Assembly: GCA_937995995.1 (NCBI GenBank)
Contig: CALKIP010000187.1
Span: 1 to 42,696, forward strand
Reading direction: 5' to 3'
Source: an uncultured bacterium
GTDB lineage: Bacteria > Gemmatimonadota > Gemmatimonadetes > Longimicrobiales > RSA9
Length of the DNA: 42,696 nt
The first letter of the stretch is position 1. Each line of letters starts with the position of its first letter. This document shows, piece by piece, positions 25,138 to 34,622 of this stretch. The notes beneath the pieces were generated by a model that worked only from the letters and a program-made list of their open reading frames with translations, had not been told where the DNA came from and made no database searches. The position numbers and the translations under genes were made by a program.

Positions 25138-26025
25138 ATGATTCGGAGCATGACCGGATTCGGTACGGCGGAACGGGATACGAACGCCGGCCGGTTGCGG
25201 GTAGAGATCAAGACCGTCAATCACGACACGTTTCGTCCCAGCATTCGGCTGCCTTCGGCACTGGATTCCGCCGAAACGCAGATCCGCGAGTGGCTGAGGG
25301 CGTTCCTGGCCCGCGGCCATGTCAACTACACGCTGCGGCTCGAGGAGCCGGAGGGTGAGTCCGCGCAGACGCTACGGCTCGACGAGGCGAAGGCACGCGA
25401 ATACCTGACGCTGCTTTCCACCCTCAAGGAGAGTCTGGGACTCCCCGGCGAGATCGATGTGGCACTGCTGAGCCGTTACGGCGACATCCTCGTCCGAAAG
25501 GATGACGAGGAACAGCCGCCGGTTTCGCTCGACGACGTGCGGGCGGTGACCGAGGAGGCGGCGGCAGCGGTCGTGCGAATGCGCGAGGAAGAGGGCGAGC
25601 GGCTGCAGCTCGACCTCGAGGAGCGGCTCCGGGCGATCGAGGATTCGCTCGCAGTGATCGAGGAACGCGCGCCGGTTCGCCTTCTTGCGGAGCGGGACCG
25701 CCTGCGCGCTGCAGTTGCCGAACTCGCCGGCGAGGTCGGTGTCGATGAGGAGCGCCTGGCCCGCGAAGTCGCCTACCTGGCTGAGAAGTGGGACATCAGC
25801 GAGGAACTGGTGCGGCTGCGCTCGCACATCATGCTCTTTCGTGAGACGCTGGGGCTGGAGGCCGCCGAGCCGGTCGGCAAGCGACTGCGCTTCGTCAGCC
25901 AGGAGATGCTCCGCGAGGCGAATACGATCGGCTCCAAGGCGAACGATGTCGAGATCCAGCACCGGGTGATCGCGATGAAGAACGAGATCGACCGGTTGCG
26001 CGAGCAGATCGAGAACGTCGAATGA
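25138..26025 (+). CDS. yicC: YicC/YloC-family stress-induced protein (endoribonuclease family)
   Basis: MIRSMTGFG start. The C-terminal region EELVRLRSHIMLFRETL...GKRLRFVSQEMLREANTIGSKAND matches the conserved YicC C-terminal domain. Confidence 0.9.
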   Translation: MIRSMTGFGTAERDTNAGRLRVEIKTVNHDTFRPSIRLPSALDSAETQIREWLRAFLARGHVNYTLRLEEPEGESAQTLRLDEAKAREYLTLLSTLKESLGLPGEIDVALLSRYGDILVRKDDEEQPPVSLDDVRAVTEEAAAAVVRMREEEGERLQLDLEERLRAIEDSLAVIEERAPVRLLAERDRLRAAVAELAGEVGVDEERLAREVAYLAEKWDISEELVRLRSHIMLFRETLGLEAAEPVGKRLRFVSQEMLREANTIGSKANDVEIQHRVIAMKNEIDRLREQIENVE

Positions 26026-26672
26026 CTGGGCGCGGTCGGGCGTTTCCCCTGGTGATCGCCGCGCCGAGCGGCGCGGGCAAGACGAGTCTGGCCCACGCCC
26101 TCGTGCAGCGCCGTTCGGACGTCGTCTTCTCGACCTCGGCGACGACGCGTCCGAAGCGCGAGCGCGAGAAGCCGGGCAAGGACTACTTCTTCGTGAGCGA
26201 CGCCGAGTTCGATCAGATGATCGAAGATGGCGAGCTCCTCGAATGGGCCACGGTTCACGGCCGGCGCTACGGGACGCCGCGCCACGGCGTCGAGCAGGCA
26301 CTGGCACAGGACCACGTGGTCGTGCTGGATATCGATATCCAGGGTGCGCGGCAGGTCCGGGAGCTTTTCCCGGATGCGGTGCTGGTCTTCATCTTGCCCC
26401 CGTCCGCGGCCGAGCTCGAGAGGCGGCTGATGGGGCGAGGGAGTGAGGAGAGCGGGGAGGTGCACCGCCGCCTGACGGGCGCCCGTCGAGAGCTCCCGCT
26501 AGCCCTGGAATTCGATTACGTTATCGTCAACGATGAGTTCGAACGAGCGGTCCGGGCGTTGGAATCGATCGTGACCGCGGAGCGCCATCGTCGCTCGCGC
26601 AGCGCCGACCTCGAGCGCGCGCTCGAGCGTCTGGACTCCGAACTGGCAGAGATCCTCGACAGGAGGGGGTAA
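26022..26672 (+). CDS. gmk: guanylate kinase
   Basis: VIAAPSGAGKTSL P-loop, STSATTRPKREREKPGKDYFFVS and VHGRRYGTP. ATGA overlap with yicC. Confidence 0.92.
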   Translation: MTGRGRAFPLVIAAPSGAGKTSLAHALVQRRSDVVFSTSATTRPKREREKPGKDYFFVSDAEFDQMIEDGELLEWATVHGRRYGTPRHGVEQALAQDHVVVLDIDIQGARQVRELFPDAVLVFILPPSAAELERRLMGRGSEESGEVHRRLTGARRELPLALEFDYVIVNDEFERAVRALESIVTAERHRRSRSADLERALERLDSELAEILDRRG

Positions 26673-26674
26673 AG

Positions 26675-26890
26675 ATGCAGGTCTTCACGCCCAAGGAAAT
26701 TGCGAAGCACGCGGGGAGCAAGTACCTCGGTGTTCTGGTGGCCGCGCGGTACGCCCGTGAGCTGAACGCGCTGCCGCGGGAGGCGGTTCCCGCCGGGCTC
26801 GAGAAGAAGCTGACGACGCGGGCTGCCGAGGCGCTGGTCGCGGGCAACATCGAGTTCCGGCTGATCAAGCGCCGCAAGAAGTCTCTCTAG
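26675..26890 (+). CDS. rpoZ: DNA-directed RNA polymerase subunit omega
   Basis: 71 aa. SKYLGVLVAARYARELN matches the omega core helix. The yicC-gmk-rpoZ-coaBC order is the same as Bacillus yloC-gmk-rpoZ-coaBC. GGAGGGGG precedes the ATG. Confidence 0.8.
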   Translation: MQVFTPKEIAKHAGSKYLGVLVAARYARELNALPREAVPAGLEKKLTTRAAEALVAGNIEFRLIKRRKKSL

Positions 26891-26897
26891 CCGAATC

Positions 26898-28130
26898 ATG
26901 GCCGAGGCGATGACGCCGCGGCGTCCGTGGGAAGGGCGCCGGGTCGTGCTCGGGGTCACGGGTGGTATCGCGGCCTACAAGGCCGTGCAGGTCGCCCGTG
27001 ACCTCACACAGCTCGGCGCAGCTGTGGACGTGGTCCTCACGCGCTCGGCCGAAGCCTTCGTCGGTCCCGTCACCTTCGAAGCCCTCACCGGCCGGCCGGT
27101 CCACCGCGAGTTGGTGGCGCCCGGCCACGCCCTCGAGCATATCCGCCTGGCCCGCGAGGCCGATGTGGCCTGCGTTGCACCGGCAACGGCGGACCTCATG
27201 GCGAGAGCGGCGTCCGGCCGCTCGGACGACCTCATCACGGCGATCCTGCTCGCCACCCGTGCCCCGGTCCTCATCTGTCCGGCGATGAACGACCGGATGT
27301 GGGACCATCCCCAGACGCAGCGGAACGCGCGCCACCTGCGCGACGCGTGCGGCTACACGCTGGTGGGACCCGCCGTCGGGCCACTGGCCTACGGGGAAGG
27401 CTCCGGCGCCGGGCGGATGGAGGAGCCCGGCGTCATCGTGGAGCATGTCGGGCGTGCGTTGGAGGAAGATACCCCGCTGCGTGGGCGGACCGTCGTGGTC
27501 ACGGCGGGCCCTACACGCGAACCGGTGGATCCTGTGCGCGTCCTGAGCAACCGATCATCGGGGCGCATGGGCTTCGCACTGGCACAGGCCGCCTGGCGGC
27601 GCGGCGCGGAGGTCGTACTCATCGCCGGGCCGACGAGCATCGAGCCACCGATCGGCCCCGAACTGGTCCGGGTCGAGACCGCCGAGGAGATGCTGCGCGC
27701 GGTCCGTGATTCGCTTTCGGAAGCCGATGCCCTGATCATGGCGGCGGCCGTCGCGGACTTTCTGCCATCCGGCGCGGCCTCGCAGAAGATCAAGAAAGCG
27801 GAAGCACCCACTGCAATCGAGCTGGAGCCGGCTCCCGACATCCTCCGCGAGACCCGGGACGCGCGTCCGGAGCGGATGGTCACGGTGGGCTTCGCGCTCG
27901 AGACGGAGAAGGCAAGGGAGCACGCACGCGGGAAGCTGGAATCCAAGGGGCTCGACCTGATCGTGCTGAATGAACTGGGCGAGCCAGGCGTCGGTTTCGA
28001 GGTCGAGACGAACCGGGTGGTGATCCTGGACACCCGTGGCGGGGCCGAAGAGCTTCCACTCATGAGCAAGCACGACGTGGCGGAGGCGATCCTCGACCGG
28101 GTCGTGCCACTGGTCGCTGAGCGATCGTGA
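26898..28130 (+). CDS. coaBC: bifunctional phosphopantothenoylcysteine decarboxylase / phosphopantothenate-cysteine ligase
   Basis: GVTGGIAAYKAVQVARDL, PAMNDRMW, VTAGPTREPVDPVRVLSNRSSGRMG and AAAVADF. Confidence 0.92.
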   Translation: MAEAMTPRRPWEGRRVVLGVTGGIAAYKAVQVARDLTQLGAAVDVVLTRSAEAFVGPVTFEALTGRPVHRELVAPGHALEHIRLAREADVACVAPATADLMARAASGRSDDLITAILLATRAPVLICPAMNDRMWDHPQTQRNARHLRDACGYTLVGPAVGPLAYGEGSGAGRMEEPGVIVEHVGRALEEDTPLRGRTVVVTAGPTREPVDPVRVLSNRSSGRMGFALAQAAWRRGAEVVLIAGPTSIEPPIGPELVRVETAEEMLRAVRDSLSEADALIMAAAVADFLPSGAASQKIKKAEAPTAIELEPAPDILRETRDARPERMVTVGFALETEKAREHARGKLESKGLDLIVLNELGEPGVGFEVETNRVVILDTRGGAEELPLMSKHDVAEAILDRVVPLVAERS

Positions 28131-28152
28131 GCCGGGGGGCGCTGCCTTGAGC

Positions 28153-28941
28153 ATGGATCGCGACCTCCTGATCCGCTACCTGCGCCAGCGAGCCCAGCTC
28201 GGTGAGCGAGAAGTGTTCCTGGACGGGCTCACGGCGGCAGAGGCAATACAGATCCTTCGGACGCCGCCCACGCCGCAGATCCGCGAAAGAACAGACCGCG
28301 CGGCCCAGGTGGCGATGCCCCCGACGGAGCTCGCGGGCACTGGCGCTCCACCGCTGACCGGCACAGACGCTCCAACGATGGAACGGGGGGCGGGCGAAGG
28401 ACTGCGCATCCTCGGGGCCGAAGCGGCCGGGTGCACACGCTGCCGCCTGCACGAGGGCCGGCGCAACGTGGTCTTCGGAGTCGGCAATCCCCGTGCGGAA
28501 CTTGTCGTCGTCGGTGAGGCGCCGGGAGCCGAGGAGGATCGGACGGGGCAGCCCTTCGTGGGGCCGGCCGGAAGGCTGCTCGACCTGATGCTGCTCAGCA
28601 TCGGTCTTCCGCGCGCTGCCGTCTACATCTGCAACGTCCTCAAGTGTCGCCCGCCGCAGAACCGCGACCCACAACGCGACGAGGTGGAGACGTGCTCGGC
28701 CTACCTCCACCGTCAACTCGACCTGATCGCGCCGCGCGTGCTCCTGGCGGTGGGTAGGTTCGCGGCGCAGATGCTCACCGGATCCGATGCCAGCATCGGC
28801 AAGATTCGCGGGCGCGTGCACGAGTATCGTGGCACACCTCTCGTCGCCACCTACCACCCGGCGTTCCTCTTGCGCAGTCCGCACTGGACGCGCGCTGCAT
28901 GGCAAGATCTGCAGCTCGTGCGGGAAGTGCTGGACGCCTGA
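28153..28941 (+). CDS. uracil-DNA glycosylase, family 4 (4Fe-4S type) with an N-terminal extension
   Basis: CTRCRLHEGRRNVVFGVGNPRAELVVVGEAPGAEEDRTGQPFVGPAGRLLD and ATYHPAFLLR motifs. ATG at 28153; the ORF-track start at 28147 is a TTG. Confidence 0.88.
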   Translation: MDRDLLIRYLRQRAQLGEREVFLDGLTAAEAIQILRTPPTPQIRERTDRAAQVAMPPTELAGTGAPPLTGTDAPTMERGAGEGLRILGAEAAGCTRCRLHEGRRNVVFGVGNPRAELVVVGEAPGAEEDRTGQPFVGPAGRLLDLMLLSIGLPRAAVYICNVLKCRPPQNRDPQRDEVETCSAYLHRQLDLIAPRVLLAVGRFAAQMLTGSDASIGKIRGRVHEYRGTPLVATYHPAFLLRSPHWTRAAWQDLQLVREVLDA

Positions 28942-29058
28942 GCCGCGAAGCGTCGAACTACGGCGACGGTGCCACCCGATCTGGTGAATTGCTGCAATGT
29001 GTACGAGCGATCCGTAATCCGGGTCCTCGGACCGTAGCGGCCCGCGCGCCGCCTCGTT

Positions 29059-29712
29059 TCATTCCTTCGACGCCTCGAATCCGCGCTCCAACCAGGTCAC
29101 CGCATCCCGCAGCTCCGTCGGGTCGATCCAATGGCCGATCGGGTAGTCACGGGCTTCGAGGTCGGCGCCGGCCTCCCGCAGTTTCGCCCGGCCTCGCTCC
29201 GCGAGGTCGAAGGGTATCGCCGGATCGGATGTGCCGTGGCCCCAGAAGAATCGCGTGCCGACAACGGACTCCGACGTGACGCGAACATCGGGGTGTGTCG
29301 CCACGAAGCCGCTGAAGTTCAGCACGAGCGGCACTCGCCCGGGGCGTGTGAGCGCGTAGGCGGTGCTCAGCGTCCCACCTTGGGAGAAGCCGCCGAGTGC
29401 GATCGGCCCGGGCTTGAAGCCGAGGCGCGCGGGCAGTGCCTCGAGGAGCCGATCGATCTCGCGCAGGCTCGCCGAGAAGCTCTCCGGCTCCGGACGATCC
29501 TCGCCCAGGTAGCGGTACCACGCCCACCCAGGACCGTATCCCCATGGCGCACCGGGATAGGGGGCACGCGGCAGCACGAGCGCGATCCCGGGCGGGAGAT
29601 GAGGGTGCAGCCCGAGCAGGTCACGCTCATTCGCGCCACGACCGTGCAGCAGGACGAGTACCGGGGTGCCATCGGCGTGATTCTCGGGAAGGCGAAGCTC
29701 GAATTCCAGCAT
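29059..29712 (-). CDS. phospholipase/carboxylesterase-family alpha/beta hydrolase (MhqD-like)
   Basis: The ATG at 29712 gives MLEFELRLPENHADGTPVLVLLHGRGANE. The nucleophile elbow is GGFSQGG, with a C-terminal GHW. It begins 4 nt after the dioxygenase stop. Confidence 0.8.
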   Translation of the reverse strand: MLEFELRLPENHADGTPVLVLLHGRGANERDLLGLHPHLPPGIALVLPRAPYPGAPWGYGPGWAWYRYLGEDRPEPESFSASLREIDRLLEALPARLGFKPGPIALGGFSQGGTLSTAYALTRPGRVPLVLNFSGFVATHPDVRVTSESVVGTRFFWGHGTSDPAIPFDLAERGRAKLREAGADLEARDYPIGHWIDPTELRDAVTWLERGFEASKE

Positions 29713-29716
29713 CTTT

Positions 29717-30805
29717 CTACTCCGTGATCGGGGCCTGGTCGAGTGGAGTGAGCGACCTCTCGATCGTCCCACGGGACTGCTCCAGCCACGCTGGCAGCAT
29801 CAGATGGCTTCCGAGCTCCTCCACGCTCTCATCCGCTTCGAATCCTGGACCGTCGGTCGCGATCTCGAAAAGCATGCCGTCCGGCGCACGGAAATAGATG
29901 CTCCGGAAATAGGTGCGCTCCATGACGGGGCTCACGTCGATGCCCAGCGAGAGCAGGTGCTCCCGCCACTCCAGCTGTTCCTCCGCGTCCGCCGCGCGGA
30001 ACGCGACGTGGTGCGTCTGGCCGACGCCGCCGCGGGCATGGTATGTCGAGCCGGGCCAGCCGAACAGCGTATACGCACTCCCCGGCGTCACCTGGCCGCC
30101 TTCATAGTGCGCCCAGAAGTAGTGGAGCGTGCGACCATCATCCTGATTGTACGTCTTCTTCACCAGCTGCAGGCCAAGGGCATCCGTCAGGAACGCCCCA
30201 GCTCGGTCGAGGTCGCCCGTGATCCCACTCACGTGATGGATCCCCTCGATGCGCATGTCGTCCGTGATCACCGGGACCGGATCCGGATGGATCTGCTCTC
30301 GGATCGCCTCCTCGTCCCGGTGGCCGCGGAGTCGCTCGTTCGGCGGCTGGACCAACTCCCGGCCAAGGGCGTTCGCCGGCTCGTCGATCGCGTATCCGGG
30401 TCCGTGCGTGGCCAGCTCCAGGATCTGCCCGTCCGGGTCACTGAAGTAGAGGCTCGTGAAATACCCACGGTCGTACGGCCCGGAAACGCCGACGCCGTGG
30501 TCCACGAGCCGACGCTTCCAGCGTAGGAGCGCATCCACATCGGCCACGCCGAGGGCGACGTGATGCACACCACCCACGCCCCAACCGCCCCGTGGCGCGT
30601 GCGACCACTCGAAGAAGGTGAGAATCGTTCCCGGCCGCCCCGTTCGGTCACCGAAGTACAGGTGGTAGGCACCCGGATCGTCGTAATTCACGGTGCGCTT
30701 CACCAGACGCAGCCCGAGCAGGTCGCGGTAGAAGGCCAAAGTTCGCCGCGCGTCGGACGAAACCATCGTCACATGGTGGAACCCAAGCGTGCGTGGCATG
30801 CCCAT
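29717..30805 (-). CDS. ring-cleaving (extradiol-type) dioxygenase of the VOC/glyoxalase superfamily, MhqA/E/O-like
   Basis: 362 aa with four beta-alpha-beta3 modules, each carrying an HHV motif (GFHHVTMV, GVHHVALGV, GIHHVSGIT, QTHHVAFRA). The N-terminal region LAFYRDLLGLRLVKRTVNYDDPGAYHLYFGD is present. AGGAGAGG RBS. Confidence 0.8.
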   Translation of the reverse strand: MGMPRTLGFHHVTMVSSDARRTLAFYRDLLGLRLVKRTVNYDDPGAYHLYFGDRTGRPGTILTFFEWSHAPRGGWGVGGVHHVALGVADVDALLRWKRRLVDHGVGVSGPYDRGYFTSLYFSDPDGQILELATHGPGYAIDEPANALGRELVQPPNERLRGHRDEEAIREQIHPDPVPVITDDMRIEGIHHVSGITGDLDRAGAFLTDALGLQLVKKTYNQDDGRTLHYFWAHYEGGQVTPGSAYTLFGWPGSTYHARGGVGQTHHVAFRAADAEEQLEWREHLLSLGIDVSPVMERTYFRSIYFRAPDGMLFEIATDGPGFEADESVEELGSHLMLPAWLEQSRGTIERSLTPLDQAPITE

Positions 30806-30882
30806 GGTGCCTCTCCTTTCGTTCTATCCCACGTTCCCATGCCGCATCGAGCACGGCCCGAGGTCGAGTGTGAACATAAATC

Positions 30883-30900
30883 TCATTACTAAGATAATGA
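30883..30900. promoter_or_regulatory. AT-rich inverted repeat (candidate operator) upstream of the dioxygenase gene
   Basis: TCATTA-ctaaga-TAATGA sits within a locally AT-rich patch (30870-30900) of an otherwise GC-rich spacer, 78-95 nt upstream of the ATG at 30805. Confidence 0.3.
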
Positions 30901-31077
30901 CGGTGGTCGGTGGAGACAAGGTCGGTGAGGCGGGGTTGACGAGGGGTGCCGGTCGGCGTACCCTCTAGCGTTCCAGCCGGGGCAATCGAGCCCGCAATCC
31001 GCGGCGGCCGTGCGTCGTCCCGTCCACGCTGACGGGAGGTCGCGTGGTCCGCGGCGGACCTTAGCATTTCTTGCAGC

Positions 31078-32508
31078 GTGTCTGTGTCGTCCATGGAATC
31101 GAGACCAGTGAATAGGCGTGACTCCCGCGAGCCGGGCGGAGTGGCGACGCTGCCCGTCGCGGACCGTCAGCCGCCGTATGCGCCTGAAGCGGAGATCTCC
31201 GTGCTCGGCGGGATGCTGATCGATGGCAACGCAGTGTCGAAGGCGGTGGAAATCGTCGACGACTCGATGTTCTATCGGGAGGCGAATCGCCGGATTTTCC
31301 GGGCGATGGCACGTCTGTTCCAGCAGGGCCAGGTCGTCGACCCGGTTACGGTCAGCGAGGAGCTGAAGAAGACCGACGAGCTGGAGGCGGCCGGGGGGAT
31401 GGCGTACCTGGCCGAGCTCCTGGATGCGGTGCCGACGGCAGCGAACCTGGAGTATCACGCGCGGATCGTGCGCGAGCGGGCGCTTCTGCGCCGTCTGATC
31501 GATGCGTCGTCTCATATCATCCGAGAGTCGTACGAGATCGGAGAGAAGACGGTCGAGCAGATCCTGGATGAGGCGGAACAACGGATCTTCCACGTTGCGC
31601 AGTCGCACGACCGCGAGGGTTTCGTCTGGATCAAGAAGATCCTCTACCCGACCTTCGAGCGGATCGAGCAGCTGCAGGCGGCGAAGGGCGGGATCACGGG
31701 CGTACCGAGTGGATTCACCGATCTGGACGAGATGACGGGCGGATTCCAGGAGGGCGACCTGGTGATCCTCGCTGCGCGTCCGTCGATGGGGAAGACGTCG
31801 ATCGTGGTCGGTATGGCGCTGCACGCGGCGATCGCGCAGCAGACGCCGGTCGCGATCTTCTCTCTCGAGATGTCGAAGGAGCAGATCGTTCAGCGGATGC
31901 TGTGCCACGAGGGGATCGTGGACCTGGGCCGTCTGCTCCGAGGGCGCCTGTCCGACGACGATTACGTGCGACTGGCGCAGGCGGCTGCGCACCTGAACAC
32001 GGCGCCGATCTGGATCGACGACACCGGCTCGCTCAGTGTCATGGAGATGCGGGCCAAGGCGCGGCGTCTAAAGGCCGACCAGCCGAACCTCGGTCTGATC
32101 ATCCTGGACTACATCCAGCTCATGGGCGGGAGCGGCGGGAACGCGGAGAACCGGCAGCAGGAGGTCAGCCAGATCAGTCGAGGAATCAAGACGTTGGCGA
32201 AGGAGTTGGGCGTTCCGGTCATCGCGCTCTCCCAGCTCTCGCGCGCACCGGAGCAGCGGACGGACCACCGACCGCAGTTGTCGGATCTGCGCGAATCGGG
32301 CGCACTCGAGCAGGACGCGGACCTGGTCATGTTCCTCTACCGCCCGGAGCGATACATGACGCCGCAGGAGGCGGAGGAGAAGGGGATGGTCGGCAAATCC
32401 GAGCTGATCATCGCCAAGCAGCGCAACGGCCCGACCGGGATCGTCGAGCTGTTCTTCCGCAAGGAGAGCACCCGCTTCGAGAACTTCACGGCCCGAGAGG
32501 GGCCGTAA
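31078..32508 (+). CDS. dnaB: replicative DNA helicase DnaB
   Basis: PPYAPEAEISVLGGML, GFTDLDEMTGGFQEGDLVILAARPSMGKTS (Walker A), IILDYIQLM, LSQLSRAPEQR and IIAKQRNGPTG. No intein-sized insertion. The start may be the GTG at 31078 or the ATG at 31093. Confidence 0.93.
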   Translation: MSVSSMESRPVNRRDSREPGGVATLPVADRQPPYAPEAEISVLGGMLIDGNAVSKAVEIVDDSMFYREANRRIFRAMARLFQQGQVVDPVTVSEELKKTDELEAAGGMAYLAELLDAVPTAANLEYHARIVRERALLRRLIDASSHIIRESYEIGEKTVEQILDEAEQRIFHVAQSHDREGFVWIKKILYPTFERIEQLQAAKGGITGVPSGFTDLDEMTGGFQEGDLVILAARPSMGKTSIVVGMALHAAIAQQTPVAIFSLEMSKEQIVQRMLCHEGIVDLGRLLRGRLSDDDYVRLAQAAAHLNTAPIWIDDTGSLSVMEMRAKARRLKADQPNLGLIILDYIQLMGGSGGNAENRQQEVSQISRGIKTLAKELGVPVIALSQLSRAPEQRTDHRPQLSDLRESGALEQDADLVMFLYRPERYMTPQEAEEKGMVGKSELIIAKQRNGPTGIVELFFRKESTRFENFTAREGP

Positions 32509-32538
32509 CCGCACCCGACCTGCGGGGTACCACACCTC

Positions 32539-33933
32539 ATGTCGAAGGTCAAGACGGTATTCTTCTGTACGGAGTGTGGCAACGAGTCGCCGCGCTGGGC
32601 GGGGCAGTGTCCCGCGTGTCGGGCGTGGAACACGCTGGTCGAGGAGCCCGTGGCGCGTCGTCGTCGGGGCACCTCGAAGGCGACGCCGTCGGCTGCGCGT
32701 CCGATCGGCGGGGGCGCCTCGCCCGCGCGATTGGCCGAGGTCGAGGGCAGCGACACGGCGCGCTGGACGACGGGACTCGACGAGTTCGACTTCGTCCTCG
32801 GCGGCGGCGTGGTCCCGGGCTCACTCGTGCTGGTCGGCGGCGAGCCGGGGATCGGGAAGAGCACGATCCTGCTCCAGGTCGCGGCACGGCTCGAGGCGGC
32901 GGGGCAACCCACGCTCTACGTCTCGGGTGAGGAATCGGCCGCACAGGTGCGGCTGCGTGCGGACCGTCTGGGTGAGGGTGCCGGCGACGTCCTCTTCCTC
33001 GGTGAGACCGAACTCGAGGCGATCCTGCAGCGTGCGGAGGAGCACAAGCCTGCAGTCCTCTTCGTCGACTCGATCCAGACGGTGTTCACGCCGGAGCTGG
33101 AGGGCGCGCCGGGGAACGTGAGCCAGGTACGCGAATGCGCCGCGCGACTGCAGCGGTACGCCAAGGAGGGTGGTGCCGCGGTCTTCCTGGTCGGTCACGT
33201 GACCAAGGGGGGGACGGTGGCCGGGCCCAAGACGCTCGAGCACATCGTGGACACCGTCCTCTACTTCGAGGGCGCTGGAAGTCTGGATCACCGCGTGCTG
33301 CGCGCGAACAAGAACCGCTTCGGCGGCGTGGATGAGATCGGCGTCTTTCGCATGACGGCGCAGGGGCTCGCTCCGGTGGCGAACCCATCGGAGCTCTTCC
33401 TGCGCGAGCGCACGAGAGGGGTGAGCGGTGCAGCGGTCGTGGCCACTATGGAAGGGACGCGCCCGCTCCTGGTCGAGGTCCAGGGGCTCTGCACGAAGGC
33501 GAGCTACGGAGCGCCGCAGCGGGTGAGCACGGGCTTCGATCGCCAGCGGCTCGCGCTCCTTCTCGCGGTCCTCGAGAAGCGAGCGGGGATCGCCTTCGGC
33601 CAGCTAGACGTTTTCCTGAACGTCGTAGGCGGCGTGCGGCTGGTCGAGACGGCCGGGGATCTTGCGGTTGCGGCGGCGCTCGCCTCGAGCGTTTTCGACC
33701 GCGAGGTGCCTGGTGATGCGGTGTTTCTTGGCGAGGTCGGGTTGGGTGGAGAACTGAGGGCGGTGGGGCAGGTCGAGCGCCGGCTCCAGGAGGCGGCGCG
33801 CATGGGCTTCGGCCGCGCCTATCTTCCGAGTCGAGCTGTGCCGACCGGGTGGCGCAAGGCCGAGGAGGCCGGCCGCCTGGAGCTGGTGCCGGTCGATACG
33901 CTGGGCGAGCTGATGGAGCGACTGTTCAAGTGA
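32539..33933 (+). CDS. radA: DNA repair protein RadA (Sms)
   Basis: N-terminal zinc ribbon FFCTECGNESPRWAGQCPACRAWNT, Walker A GGEPGIGKST, the KNRFG motif and a Lon-like C-terminal domain. Confidence 0.93.
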   Translation: MSKVKTVFFCTECGNESPRWAGQCPACRAWNTLVEEPVARRRRGTSKATPSAARPIGGGASPARLAEVEGSDTARWTTGLDEFDFVLGGGVVPGSLVLVGGEPGIGKSTILLQVAARLEAAGQPTLYVSGEESAAQVRLRADRLGEGAGDVLFLGETELEAILQRAEEHKPAVLFVDSIQTVFTPELEGAPGNVSQVRECAARLQRYAKEGGAAVFLVGHVTKGGTVAGPKTLEHIVDTVLYFEGAGSLDHRVLRANKNRFGGVDEIGVFRMTAQGLAPVANPSELFLRERTRGVSGAAVVATMEGTRPLLVEVQGLCTKASYGAPQRVSTGFDRQRLALLLAVLEKRAGIAFGQLDVFLNVVGGVRLVETAGDLAVAAALASSVFDREVPGDAVFLGEVGLGGELRAVGQVERRLQEAARMGFGRAYLPSRAVPTGWRKAEEAGRLELVPVDTLGELMERLFK

Positions 33934-34622
33934 GAGCGGCGGTGGTCATCGCGGCCGGTGGGTCGGGGCGGCGGATGGGAGGAATCAGAAAGCAGTTTGC
34001 CGAGCTTCTCGGCGAGCCGATCCTGCTGCATTCTCTCCGGCCGTTTCTCGCCCACCCGATGCTGGAGAGGGCTGTCGTCGCGCTTCCGGCAGAAGATGCG
34101 GCGGACCCGCCATCGTGGCTCACGCGGCTGGATGACCGCGTCCACGTGGTCGCCGGGGGCGCCGAGCGGGGGGAGTCGGTGCACCGCGGGCTCGAGGCCG
34201 TGCCGGAGACCGTCGACATCGTACTCGTGCATGATGCCGCCCGTCCACTCGTCACGGTCGAGGTGATCGACCGTGCGATCGACGTCGCGGCGGAGGGCGT
34301 GGGCGCGGTCGTCGCCATCCCTGCTTCAGACACGCTCAAGGAGGTCGCTGCCGACGGGCGCATCGTCGGCACGCCGGACCGTTCGCGGCTATGGGCCGCG
34401 CAGACGCCACAGGCATTTCCACGGGCACAGCTCCTGGACGCCTATCGGCGTGCGGCCCGCGAGGGCGTCCAGGCGACGGACGATGCGGCACTCGTCGAGC
34501 GTTTCGGCGGGACGGTGAAGGTGGTCGAAGGATCTGCGGAGAACCTGAAGGTGACGCGCCCCACCGATCTGATCGTGGCGGAGGCGCTTCTTCGCGCCAG
34601 GGCGGCAACGGCGCGGGGGTGA
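33930..34622 (+). CDS. ispD: 2-C-methyl-D-erythritol 4-phosphate cytidylyltransferase
   Basis: The GTG at 33930 (GTGA overlap with radA) gives VRAAVVIAAGGSGRRMGG..KQF. VHDAARP and TPQAF motifs are present. Confidence 0.88.
   Translation: MRAAVVIAAGGSGRRMGGIRKQFAELLGEPILLHSLRPFLAHPMLERAVVALPAEDAADPPSWLTRLDDRVHVVAGGAERGESVHRGLEAVPETVDIVLVHDAARPLVTVEVIDRAIDVAAEGVGAVVAIPASDTLKEVAADGRIVGTPDRSRLWAAQTPQAFPRAQLLDAYRRAAREGVQATDDAALVERFGGTVKVVEGSAENLKVTRPTDLIVAEALLRARAATARG

Noticed and set aside
30889-31992. 367-aa minus-strand ORF antisense to dnaB
   Set aside because: dnaB on the plus strand carries all the helicase motifs. The antisense translation is Arg/Leu/Asp-rich and has no family resemblance.
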